Counted from the first letter of the stretch, positions 1 to 9,226 are shown. The stretch: 64,000 bases of DNA from Methylotenera sp. (GCA_005797835.1 SYKG01000005.1:3879-67878); one strand, 5' to 3'. The notes: generated from the letters alone by a model not told the origin. Made by a program: numbers and translations.

Positions 1-2412
1 GTGACTACGCTTGCTGAAATCACTCTAATTCAATCACATCAATTTCATTTCAAATTACTCAAGGCCATTCATGGCTCCCCCAGAGGAATAAGTGGTAAAG
101 AGCAACAATTAAGTATTGTCGGTATGGGAAAGTTAGGTGGAGAAGAGCTTAATATTTCATCTGATATTGATCTTATCTTTACATATCCCGAAGAAGGAGA
201 AACTGAAGGTAAGGCATCTATAAGCAATCAAAGCTTCTTTATTAAGCTTGGTAAGAAAATCATATCGAGCATGAATGACATTACAGAAGATGGATTTGTA
301 TTTCGTGTGGACATGCAATTAAGGCCATTTGGTTCTGAAGGTCAGATTGCATGCAGTTATCAGACATTAGAGGACTATTATCAAAAATACGGAAGAGAAT
401 GGGAAAGATACGCTTGGGTAAAAGGTCGAGTTATTGTAGGCCCTCATCATGAACTTAGTAAAATCATTCATCCTTTTATTTATCGCAGGTATTTAGATTA
501 CGGTACATTAAACTCTATGCGTGACTTGAAAAGTCAAATTCAAAATGACGTAAACAAGAGAGGTATGCAAGAAAATATTAAGCTTGGCCTAGGTGGTATT
601 CGTAAGATTGAATTTATTGCCCAGGTCTATCAATTGATTAGAGGTGGACAAGACAAGACTTTACGACTTAAATCACTTTTACCTACATTAAAACTTCTTG
701 AAGTTAAAAAATTATTATCTAATGAAGGCATCGAAGTCTTAATAAACGCGTATGTTTTTTTAAGAAATCTCGAGCATAGGCTTCAATACATGGAAGATAT
801 GCAAACACAAGAACTACCAAAATCTGATGAAGGTAAATTAAGAGTGGCTCGATCTATGCAATATGAAGATTGGAACGTATTTTATCGAGATCTTGGAATT
901 CATAGAGCAAATGTAGAGTTTTATTTTGACGAGGTATTTAAAGAAACCATTAAGGATGAGGGTTCGCCTCAGTTTAATACAGCTAAAGCACTTTGGAATA
1001 GCACTTTAAAGTTAGAAGATGCACATACACATCTTGCAAATTTTGGTTTTAAATCACCTGAAGAAACTTACCAAGTTCTCGATGGATTAAAGCATAGCTC
1101 ACGTTATCTTCACTTACCTGAAATCAGTCGACAACGATTTGATTTACTCATGCCTTTAATTATCCAAGAGGTGTCTTTCAGTTCAAATTCTTATTCGACA
1201 ATGGTAAGAATTATTTCAATCTTAGAAAACATATGTCGGCGTGCAAGTTATCTTGCCATGCTTACTGAAAATCCAAGTGCATTAAAGATACTAATTAAAT
1301 TATCTGAAGCAGGCCCTTGGCTTACCCAATACCTTATTCAACATCCGATTTTAATTGATGAGCTTCTTGATATTAATCATTTTTATACAAAGCCAGATTT
1401 TGTGGCGTTAAAAGAGAAACTTCAAAAAGATTTATTAGAAGCCAAAGATGATATTGAGCAACAAATGAATATTATGCGGAATATCAAACATGCCACTATT
1501 TTTAAGTTGGCTGCATTAGAAGTGATAGGAGATGTGTCTGTTGAAAGTCTGTCTGACTATTTGACTGAGCTTGCTGACCTAATGATTGAAGAAACATTGA
1601 GTTTAGTTTGGAATTATATGTATCCAGAACAAATCGATTCGCCTAGGTTTGCTTTGATTGCTTATGGGAAATTCGGTGGCAAAGAAATGAGCTATACCTC
1701 AGATTTAGATATCGTCTTTATCTATGATGACGAACGAGATGGTATGACTGAAAAATATGCTAGATTTGCACAGCGTATCAATAGTTGGCTTAATACCTAT
1801 ACATCCTCGGGTGTTCTTTATGATATTGACCTTGCATTAAGACCTGACGGTGCAAGTGGACTTTTAGTGAGCTCTATTGATGCTTTTAGAGACTATCAAT
1901 TAAAGAGGGCTTGGACATGGGAACATCAGGCGATTACTCGAGCAAGGTTTTGTGCTGGAAATATAGAAATAGGTAATCAATTTGAAAAGGTTCGATTAGA
2001 TCTTCTGGAAACTCAAAGAGATCTAGATAAGTTAAAGAGAGATGTAGTAGATATGCGCCTAAAAATGCTCGAAAAACACAAGATTGATCATAAGTATTTC
2101 GATTTAAAACACGATCATGGAGGAATTATTGATATTGAATTTATTGTGCAATATTTTGTATTAGCTTTTAGTTCCTTATATAAGGAGCTTACTCACAATA
2201 TAGGCAATATTGGATTACTTAACCTTTTTAGTGAAAAAGGTTTAATAGAAAGCCTTACAGCTAAAAAACTTATTAGTGCCTATCGATCATATAGGACACT
2301 TCAACATCAATTAGGTCTTGAAGCTAAATTAGATGGAAAAGTAAAGCATTCTGAAGTTGCTAATCATCCAATTGAAGTTGTATCAATTTGGAACGTAATT
2401 TTTAATAATTAA
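1..2412 (+). CDS. glnE: Bifunctional glutamine synthetase adenylyltransferase/adenylyl-removing enzyme (5' end outside the window)
   Basis: Two nucleotidyltransferase motifs, GMGKLGGEELNISSDIDL and AYGKFGGKEMSYTSDLD, plus RVDMQLRPFG and DIDLALRPDG. Confidence 0.97.
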   Translation: MTTLAEITLIQSHQFHFKLLKAIHGSPRGISGKEQQLSIVGMGKLGGEELNISSDIDLIFTYPEEGETEGKASISNQSFFIKLGKKIISSMNDITEDGFVFRVDMQLRPFGSEGQIACSYQTLEDYYQKYGREWERYAWVKGRVIVGPHHELSKIIHPFIYRRYLDYGTLNSMRDLKSQIQNDVNKRGMQENIKLGLGGIRKIEFIAQVYQLIRGGQDKTLRLKSLLPTLKLLEVKKLLSNEGIEVLINAYVFLRNLEHRLQYMEDMQTQELPKSDEGKLRVARSMQYEDWNVFYRDLGIHRANVEFYFDEVFKETIKDEGSPQFNTAKALWNSTLKLEDAHTHLANFGFKSPEETYQVLDGLKHSSRYLHLPEISRQRFDLLMPLIIQEVSFSSNSYSTMVRIISILENICRRASYLAMLTENPSALKILIKLSEAGPWLTQYLIQHPILIDELLDINHFYTKPDFVALKEKLQKDLLEAKDDIEQQMNIMRNIKHATIFKLAALEVIGDVSVESLSDYLTELADLMIEETLSLVWNYMYPEQIDSPRFALIAYGKFGGKEMSYTSDLDIVFIYDDERDGMTEKYARFAQRINSWLNTYTSSGVLYDIDLALRPDGASGLLVSSIDAFRDYQLKRAWTWEHQAITRARFCAGNIEIGNQFEKVRLDLLETQRDLDKLKRDVVDMRLKMLEKHKIDHKYFDLKHDHGGIIDIEFIVQYFVLAFSSLYKELTHNIGNIGLLNLFSEKGLIESLTAKKLISAYRSYRTLQHQLGLEAKLDGKVKHSEVANHPIEVVSIWNVIFNN

Positions 2413-2563
2413 CCATCAAAAACTTTTGACACTGTTCACAGCATAAGTTTCAATGTTAATCTATTAAAAAAATAAAGCTTTGATGCATAGTATTAACGAG
2501 TAATTTTTTGAAACCACATTAGACCACTACAATTTATTAATCAATAACCCTATAGATATTTTT

Positions 2564-3007
2564 ATGCTGACTTGGCAAGATATTGAAAATCGCGTGCTCC
2601 ATGGTAACCCTCCCATGAATCAACGCGTGGAAAAAACAGACGATCAATGGCGCAATTTATTGCTTAACGATGTCTACGAGGTTACACGCAAGGCAGGCAC
2701 AGAACGTCCCTTCAGTTCACTTATGTGCACGCACTTTGAGCCAGGTTTGTATGCATGCGCCTGCTGTGACACTATGCTGTTTGATGCAACACAAAAGTTT
2801 GATTCCGGCACAGGCTGGCCCTCTTTTACACAACCAATAGAGCCAAATGCGGTGGCATATTTTAACGATGGCAGTCTAAGCTGTGTTCGAGTTGAAATCA
2901 CCTGCAGTTCTTGCGATGCGCACTTGGGCCATGTATTCCCCGACGGTCCAGCACCTAGCAAGCTCCGTTATTGTGTGAATGCGCTCTCGTTAAAACGCTT
3001 AGCCTGA
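2564..3007 (+). CDS. msrB: Peptide-methionine (R)-S-oxide reductase
   Basis: GTERPF, CACC, KFDSGTGWPSF, CSSCDAHLGHVFPDGP and RYCVN motifs. Confidence 0.97.
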   Translation: MLTWQDIENRVLHGNPPMNQRVEKTDDQWRNLLLNDVYEVTRKAGTERPFSSLMCTHFEPGLYACACCDTMLFDATQKFDSGTGWPSFTQPIEPNAVAYFNDGSLSCVRVEITCSSCDAHLGHVFPDGPAPSKLRYCVNALSLKRLA

Positions 3008-3045
3008 CCTAGCTTTTTTTCAATACCAGCTCTGAATCAGGGGTT

Positions 3046-4857
3046 TCATAATTGGATTTGGTTTTGCTGCACACGCCACATTTCTGCATAGCGCTGCCCA
3101 TCCTTTAACAGCGATGCATGGGTACCACGTTCAATAATACTGCCTGATTCCATGACTAAAATTTGATGGGCATGCGTGATGGTTGAAAGGCGGTGTGCAA
3201 TGATTAATGTCGTGCGATTCTTGGCTAACTCGTTTAGTTCCTTTTGAATGCTACGTTCTGTTTTAGAATCCAACGCAGAGGTGGCTTCGTCAAAGACAAG
3301 TAAAGAAGGGTTTTTTAGTAGTGTTCTTGCAATGGCTACGCGCTGCTTCTCACCACCAGAAAGCTTAAGACCACGTTCACCAACATTGGTGTTGTAGCCA
3401 TTTGGTAGGCCACAAATAAAATCATGGATTTGAGCTGATTGAGCCGCCGCTTCTATGGCAGATTGGCTCGCACCAGGCTTACCGTAGGCTATATTAAATC
3501 CTATGGTATCGTTAAATAGAACTGTATCTTGCGGTACTATTCCTATTGCCTGTCTTAGGCTTGCTTGCTTAACCGTTCTGATGTCTTGGCCATCCAAATA
3601 AATGGTACCCGATTGTACGTCGTAAAAACGGAATAATAATCTGCCTAAGGTGCTTTTTCCTGCGCCGCTTTGACCAACAACGGCGATTGTTTGGCCTGGT
3701 AATATTTCAAACGATACTTGATTTAATATGCTGCGGTTTTGTTCGTAATAAAAACTAACGTCTTTAAAATAAATATGTGGCCCTATCTCTGGAGATAGTA
3801 TTTGCAATACTGGTGCGTTTGGTAGATCAGGAATTTCTTGATCCGTTTCCAGCAAACTAAACATTCGGTCTATATCGATTAACGATTGCTTCATTTCACG
3901 GTACAGCACACCTAGAAAGTTAAGTGGTATGTAAAGTTGTATCATTAATACATTCACCAATACTAAATCACCAATCGTCATTTCTCGGCTTGCAACCTCT
4001 TGACTGGCCAAGCCTAAAATACATACCAATCCAAAAACGATAATAATTTGCTGACCAAAGTTTAAAAAAGCCAAAGACTTTTGCGATTTAAGAACAGCTT
4101 GTGCGTATTTTTTTAGATTGACATCATAACGCGTGGATTCAAACTGTTCATTGCCAAAATACTTGACTGTTTCAAAATTAATTAAAGTATCCACAGCACT
4201 TTGGTTGGCTTCTGAATCAAGGCTATTCACCTCACGCCGAAAGTTTGTTCGCCACTCCGTGATGACCACGGTAAACACTACATAACAAATAAGTGCCACA
4301 AACGTCACTAATACAAACTTAATATCATAAGCATATAAAAGATACCCTAGCACCATAACAAGTTCGATTAAGGTGGGAATAATGCTGAAAAGGGAATATG
4401 AGATCAGAGATTGAATGCCGCGTGTGCCACGCTCAATATCTCTCGTCATACCGCCTGTTTGACGAGATAGGTGAAAACGTAAAGATAGTGCATGAAGATG
4501 ATCAAAAACTTGTAAACCCACTTGTCTCACAGTTTGCTCAGTGACTTTAGAAAAAATTAACTCTCGCAACTCGGCAAACAGTGAGGCTGAAAGGCGCAGT
4601 AAACCATACGCAACAATTAAGCTCACAGGCACCACCAGCAAAGCTTTCGGTATTGAAGAAATACTCATCGCATCCACTATATTTTTAAGAGTAACGGGTA
4701 CGCCAAGATTAGCCACCTTCGCCAACACTAAGCACAATAAGGTAAAAATAATGCGTGCTTTGTAAGCGCTTATATAAGGCAATAAGTTCTTAATAACTTT
4801 CCAGTCCTGATGATGCGGTTTTTTTACAGCGCTAGTTTCTATTTTAGAGTGGTGCAT
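3046..4857 (-). CDS. ATM1/ABCB7-type ABC half-transporter (fused permease and ATPase)
   Basis: FHLSRQTGGMTRDIERG, INFETVKYF, Walker A GQSGAGKST, LSGGEKQR signature, DEATSALD. Confidence 0.93.
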   Translation of the reverse strand: MHHSKIETSAVKKPHHQDWKVIKNLLPYISAYKARIIFTLLCLVLAKVANLGVPVTLKNIVDAMSISSIPKALLVVPVSLIVAYGLLRLSASLFAELRELIFSKVTEQTVRQVGLQVFDHLHALSLRFHLSRQTGGMTRDIERGTRGIQSLISYSLFSIIPTLIELVMVLGYLLYAYDIKFVLVTFVALICYVVFTVVITEWRTNFRREVNSLDSEANQSAVDTLINFETVKYFGNEQFESTRYDVNLKKYAQAVLKSQKSLAFLNFGQQIIIVFGLVCILGLASQEVASREMTIGDLVLVNVLMIQLYIPLNFLGVLYREMKQSLIDIDRMFSLLETDQEIPDLPNAPVLQILSPEIGPHIYFKDVSFYYEQNRSILNQVSFEILPGQTIAVVGQSGAGKSTLGRLLFRFYDVQSGTIYLDGQDIRTVKQASLRQAIGIVPQDTVLFNDTIGFNIAYGKPGASQSAIEAAAQSAQIHDFICGLPNGYNTNVGERGLKLSGGEKQRVAIARTLLKNPSLLVFDEATSALDSKTERSIQKELNELAKNRTTLIIAHRLSTITHAHQILVMESGSIIERGTHASLLKDGQRYAEMWRVQQNQIQL

Positions 4858-5007
4858 AGGCGAGGTTGAGAGGGTGTAAGTAAAGGTTCATAAATAAGTT
4901 GCAACAAGACTTAGTGTCATCAGGAAGGGCTCGAGTTAAAGGGGCATTAACACCCTTCGACACTCGGTGTGTTGTGGTACGCAGCAAAAAAAACTTCATA
5001 GACTAAC

Positions 5008-5188
5008 TTTGAGAAATTCCAAGATTTAGGTTTAACTCAGGCTACCGCTCCATAAGACCGGTAAACTTAGGAGTCCGCTGCTCTGCCAACTGAGCTAATC
5101 CCCTAGAAAAGAATATTTTACAGTATTTGTCTGGGTTTTAGAGGGTTTGGGTTAACGAAATTGGCACAGATCAAAAAGGGGTGTGTTA
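5008..5188 (-). repeat. tRNA-half module copy 1 (about 60-nt arm, 5' tRNA half, -10 box, end motif)
   Basis: 5008-5151 aligns by eye with 5962-6104 at about 19 differences in 144 nt. The end motif GGGGTGTGTTA is at 5178-5188. Confidence 0.92.
5071..5104 (-). pseudogene. 5' half of a tRNA (acceptor 5' strand, D arm, anticodon 5' strand to C34); CAT (Met/Ile2) or CTT (Lys)
   Basis: Minus strand reads AGGGGAT TA GCTC AGTTGGCA GAGC A GCGGA CTC. No T arm or CCA end follows. Confidence 0.88.
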
Positions 5189-5217
5189 CAAAATATCCGG
5201 ATTCCGGATGTTTTGTA
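5187..5217. repeat. 31-bp imperfect palindrome abutting the module end
   Basis: TACAAAATATCCGGA-T-TCCGGATGTTTTGTA: 15-bp arms with one mismatch. Confidence 0.85.
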
Positions 5218-5300
5218 TAAGCTTATCTATTTTAATTAGAATCATATTGACAAGCATGGTGCTAATATTCGATGCTAGGAATTACTAAAGGAATTTGATT

Positions 5301-5954
5301 ATGACCATACGCATAGGCGATGAAGCGCCAAATTTTAAAGCAAAAACTACCGAGGGCCTTATTGATTTCCATCAATGGATTGGTGATAGTTGGGCTATTC
5401 TATTTTCACATCCTAAAGATTTCACACCAGTTTGTACGACGGAATTAGGTTATGTTGCTAAATTAAAGCCAGAATTTGATAAGCGGAATACTAAAGCTAT
5501 TGGATTAAGTATTGATCCTGTAAGCGATCACGAAAGATGGGTTGGAGATATCGCTGAAACTCAAGGTTACGCTGTAAATTATCCATTAATTGGAGATGAT
5601 GACTTAGTGGTAGCAAAACTCTTCGACATGATTCACCCTAATGCGAGTGGAGGTTCAAGAACAGCGCAAGATAATGCAACTGTTAGATCAGTCTTTATTA
5701 TTGGACCAGATAAAAAGATTAAAGCTATTCTTATCTATCCAATGAGCGCAGGGAGAAACTTCGATGAAATTTTAAGATTGCTTGATGCGATACAACTTAA
5801 TGCAAAACATCAAGTGGCAACACCTGTGAATTGGAAAAATGGTGATGATGTGATTATTCCGCCAACTGTTTCCAATGAAGATGCGCAAAAGAAATACCCA
5901 AGCGGATTTAAAACGATTAGGCCTTACCTAAGAACCGTTCAACAGCCAAAGTAA
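5301..5954 (+). CDS. 1-Cys peroxiredoxin (Prx6 family)
   Basis: FSHPKDFTPVCTTE, YPMSAGRNFDEILR and ATPVNWK. ATG at 5301 follows an AAGGA RBS. Confidence 0.95.
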   Translation: MTIRIGDEAPNFKAKTTEGLIDFHQWIGDSWAILFSHPKDFTPVCTTELGYVAKLKPEFDKRNTKAIGLSIDPVSDHERWVGDIAETQGYAVNYPLIGDDDLVVAKLFDMIHPNASGGSRTAQDNATVRSVFIIGPDKKIKAILIYPMSAGRNFDEILRLLDAIQLNAKHQVATPVNWKNGDDVIIPPTVSNEDAQKKYPSGFKTIRPYLRTVQQPK

Positions 5955-5961
5955 CTTTAAA

Positions 5962-6134
5962 TTTGAGAAATTCCAAGATTCAGGTTTAACTCAAGCGACC
6001 GCTCCATAAGACGGGTAAACTTGAGAGTCCGCTGCTCTACCAGCTGAGCTAATCCTCCAGAAGCGGATATTTACAATAATTGTCTGGGTTGTAGAGGGGG
6101 TGGGCGAAAAGTAGCGGGGCGAAATAGGGGTGTG
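5962..6134 (-). repeat. tRNA-half module copy 2
   Basis: Direct repeat of copy 1. Ends in AATAGGGGTGTG at 6123-6134. Confidence 0.92.
6025..6058 (-). pseudogene. 5' half of a tRNA (second copy)
   Basis: Minus strand reads GGAGGAT TAGCTCAGCTGGTAGAGCAGCGGACTC. Confidence 0.88.
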
Positions 6135-6135
6135 C

Positions 6136-6169
6136 AAAAAAAAAGCCCAACAAAATTGCTGGGCTTTTT
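6136..6169 (-). terminator. Intrinsic terminator (possibly bidirectional) downstream of the fasciclin gene
   Basis: A9-GCCCAACA-AAAT-TGCTGGGC-T5 hairpin. Confidence 0.8.
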
Positions 6170-6279
6170 AATTCAAGTAACCTAAAAATTAGGCAGGTAA
6201 AATTACAACATCAATTATTAGCTTATAGCCAAATTGATTTAATTTATACTGTTGCAAGGTTAAGTATTGCTAGTCAATA

Positions 6280-6765
6280 TTATTTAGGCATGACTACAGT
6301 ATCAATTACATGGATAACACCATTATCTGTAACAATATCTGTTTTTGTAACAGTCGCATTATCTACTTTCACAGTAGTAACACTCTCACTGTAGGGCTTT
6401 TTAGAACTATTGACTGCGACAGTAAGTTCGGAGCCTTGAACAGTTTTTACTTTTCCAGTCTTGACATCTGCTGCCATAACCTTTCCAGCAACAACGTGAT
6501 AAGTTAATACTGCACTTAACTTTGCTTTATTTTTGAGCAAAGCATCTAAATCTGCTTTAGGAATCTTAGCAAATGCCTCATCAGTTGGTGCAAATACTGT
6601 GAAGGGACCTGGACCTTTTAATGTTTCAATAAGACCTGCTTCGGTAAGGGCGGTGGCCAATGTTTTAAAATTACCATTAGCAACAGCAGTGTCGACGATA
6701 TCCTTTGCAAAAACTGATGTTGCAAAAGATAGGAATAATGCAGAAGCAATAATTGTTTTTTTCAT
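6280..6765 (-). CDS. Secreted fasciclin (FAS1) domain protein
   Basis: Signal peptide, [19 protein letters not shown] and [11 protein letters not shown]. Confidence 0.95.
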   Translation of the reverse strand: MKKTIIASALFLSFATSVFAKDIVDTAVANGNFKTLATALTEAGLIETLKGPGPFTVFAPTDEAFAKIPKADLDALLKNKAKLSAVLTYHVVAGKVMAADVKTGKVKTVQGSELTVAVNSSKKPYSESVTTVKVDNATVTKTDIVTDNGVIHVIDTVVMPK

Positions 6766-7143
6766 AAAATTTATTTTTTTTCCTTGAGTTTATTAAAAGA
6801 TTAACTTGTCACATTAAAATAATATTTATTACACATTAAATTCTAAGGACTGTACTCTGAGTTAGGTTAAAGTATTTAGTTCATTTTTTCATAACAGCAC
6901 TCACTTATAAAGATTAGGTAATCAATTTTTAGAACTTTTCCTCATGAAGAGTCATGAATTCGCTTAGATCTAATATTTTTTTGGAATTTTAAATTTTTTG
7001 CTTTTAAGATAATTACAGTTTGCATTTGCGTGAACAAAACAGATTACAATATCTTCTAACACTAAACTCTTAGAAGCTAAGTTTTAGTAAAATACATTTC
7101 AAATATGAATATAATGGGCGCATAAAATAAAAGGGGAAATCTG

Positions 7144-8415
7144 ATGAAGTTCGAAACCAAAGCTATTCACGCAGGGTATAAACCTGATCCCATAACTAAA
7201 GCCGTAGTACCTCCTATTTATCAGACGGTAGCTTACGCTTTTGATAGCGCTCAGCACGGTGCTGATTTATTTGATCTTAAGGTACAAGGTAATATCTATA
7301 CCCGCATTATGAATCCAACTCAATCAGTACTCGAAGTGAGAGTTGCGGAGCTTGAGGGTGGTATCGGAGCCTTAGCTCTTGCCTCAGGACAGTCTGCAGT
7401 TACTTATGCAATCCAAACAATTACTGAAATGGGCGATAACATTGTGTCCTCTAGCGCTCTGTATGGGGGTACTTACAATTTATTTGCTCATACTTTACCG
7501 CAATATGGCATTGAAACTCGCTTTGCTGATTATAGAAACCCCAAAAGTTTTGAGCCACTAATCGATGCACGTACTAAAGCAATTTATGTTGAGTCGTTGG
7601 GTAATCCTCAAGGTAATGTAACTGATATTTCTGCAATGGCTGAGGTTGCTCACCGACATGGTGTGCCACTTATTGTCGATAATACAGTTCCAAGTCCTTA
7701 CCTATGCCGTCCCATTGAGCATGGAGCAGATATTGTTATTCAATCACTCACAAAATATATGGGAGGACACGGGAATAGCTTAGGAGGTGCCATTATCGAC
7801 TCAGGCAAATTTCCGTGGGCTGAACATAAAGAAAAATTTAAACGGTTAAATGAACCTGATGTGAGTTACCACGGTGTGGTTTATACAGAAGCATTAGGCC
7901 CAGCTGCCTACATTGGTCGTGCAAGGGTCGTCCCGCTGAGAAATATGGGTGCCGCAATATCACCCTTTAATAGCTTTTTAATTCTGCAAGGAATTGAAAC
8001 ATTACCCCTAAGAATGGACCGTATTTGTGAAAATACTTTAGCAGTTGCCACTTTTATGAAACAACAATCAAAGGTTCAGTGGGTTAACTATGCAGGTTTA
8101 CCAGACCATGCTGATCATGCTTTGGTAAAAAGACTGATGGGTGGCAAGGCATCAGGTTTAATGACTTTCGGTGTTAAAGGAGGGCGAGCTGCTGGCGAAA
8201 GATTTTTAGATGCGCTAAATTTATTTACTCGCTTAGTAAATATTGGTGATGTAAGATCATTAGCTACACATCCTGCGTCAACTACGCATCGTCAATTATC
8301 TCCGGAGGAGCTAATAAAATCAGGAGTTACAGAAGATACAGTTCGTTTATGCATTGGTATTGAACATATTGATGATATAAAAGAGGATCTTCTTCAAGCT
8401 TTAGCTAAAGTATAA
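7144..8415 (+). CDS. metY: O-acetylhomoserine aminocarboxypropyltransferase (sulfhydrylase)
   Basis: NIYTRIMNPT, VDNT, PLP lysine in SLTKYMGGHG, NIGDVRSLATHPASTTH. Confidence 0.92.
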   Translation: MKFETKAIHAGYKPDPITKAVVPPIYQTVAYAFDSAQHGADLFDLKVQGNIYTRIMNPTQSVLEVRVAELEGGIGALALASGQSAVTYAIQTITEMGDNIVSSSALYGGTYNLFAHTLPQYGIETRFADYRNPKSFEPLIDARTKAIYVESLGNPQGNVTDISAMAEVAHRHGVPLIVDNTVPSPYLCRPIEHGADIVIQSLTKYMGGHGNSLGGAIIDSGKFPWAEHKEKFKRLNEPDVSYHGVVYTEALGPAAYIGRARVVPLRNMGAAISPFNSFLILQGIETLPLRMDRICENTLAVATFMKQQSKVQWVNYAGLPDHADHALVKRLMGGKASGLMTFGVKGGRAAGERFLDALNLFTRLVNIGDVRSLATHPASTTHRQLSPEELIKSGVTEDTVRLCIGIEHIDDIKEDLLQALAKV

Positions 8416-8490
8416 TAAAAAAGTTGAAACATAGATATTAGAGAAGCGCTGGAATCCAAGGTGACGTTCTAAATATTTTATAAGAAATAT

Positions 8491-8619
8491 TTACTTTTTA
8501 CGTTTTTTTAACTTTTCTTTCATTTCCATATTTCGAAATTCTTGTGCAGTAAGCACTGCACCGAAGATTGCAAAAGCAAAACAAAAAAGTCCTGTAAAAA
8601 ATAATAGCGGATCATGCAT
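8491..8619 (-). CDS. Small membrane protein, 42 aa (not in ORF track)
   Basis: MHDPLLFFTGLFCFAFAIFGAVLTAQEFRNMEMKEKLKKRKK. Starts 2 nt after the upstream stop, with an AAGGA RBS. Confidence 0.65.
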   Translation of the reverse strand: MHDPLLFFTGLFCFAFAIFGAVLTAQEFRNMEMKEKLKKRKK

Positions 8620-8621
8620 TA

Positions 8622-8795
8622 TTAATCCTTTTTAGAAATAATTTTAAAATAAATAGCAAAGGTTAGAATCGAAGGTATCCATGTAGAGGTAAATAAAGCC
8701 TCTTGGTATTGTTGCATAACAAACCATAAATATGCCGTAGTTACAAAAGCAACGGCAACCGAAACTAGAATACATATATCAGACATCTTAAGCAT
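8622..8795 (-). CDS. Small two-TM protein, 57 aa (not in ORF track)
   Basis: MLKMSDICILVSVAVAFVTTAYLWF...ALFTSTWIPSILTFAIYFKIISKKD, with an AAGGA RBS near 8803-8808. Confidence 0.7.
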   Translation of the reverse strand: MLKMSDICILVSVAVAFVTTAYLWFVMQQYQEALFTSTWIPSILTFAIYFKIISKKD

Positions 8796-8828
8796 AATTT
8801 TTTTCCTTTTTAATAATTAAAAATAATA

Positions 8829-9023
8829 TTAATCTTCATTCCAAAAAAACCAAGATGCGAGAAGCAAAAATATAACTGTCACAGAAGCGTGTGCTCGAAG
8901 TCTTGTCTCATTGGGTAGTTCTAATATAAATGGGACTAATTCAAGCATTCCAAGAATGAGCCAGATAAAAGAGAGAATAGAAAGTGCAAAGATAAATCTA
9001 GCTAATTTTTTTCTTAAACTCAT
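8829..9023 (-). CDS. Small two-TM hypothetical protein
   Basis: Two hydrophobic segments; co-oriented with the two small ORFs downstream. Confidence 0.7.
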   Translation of the reverse strand: MSLRKKLARFIFALSILSFIWLILGMLELVPFILELPNETRLRAHASVTVIFLLLASWFFWNED

Positions 9024-9226
9024 TAAAGCTACCCATTTAAAATTTATTTAACAATTAAAGTCTGAAGCGACTTTTTTAATAATACAAAAATCATTTTACT
9101 GATACAAAAATTGAGCCTTAAAGGCACATTCACATTTTGAATCTGCACTATAGAGGATGTATAGTCGTGTCAAAAATACAAAAAAAATTTGCAGCATTAA
9201 AATAATTATTATAGCACTGACGATGT

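Noticed and set aside
4845-5000. Short minus-strand ORF (MKFFLLRTT...) upstream of the ABC gene
   Set aside because: No RBS or recognisable motif, and it overlaps the ABC start; unsupported.
5008-5070. Group I intron inserted in the tRNA anticodon loop
   Set aside because: Only about 60 nt of shared sequence follow the half-tRNA, with no catalytic core or 3' exon visible.
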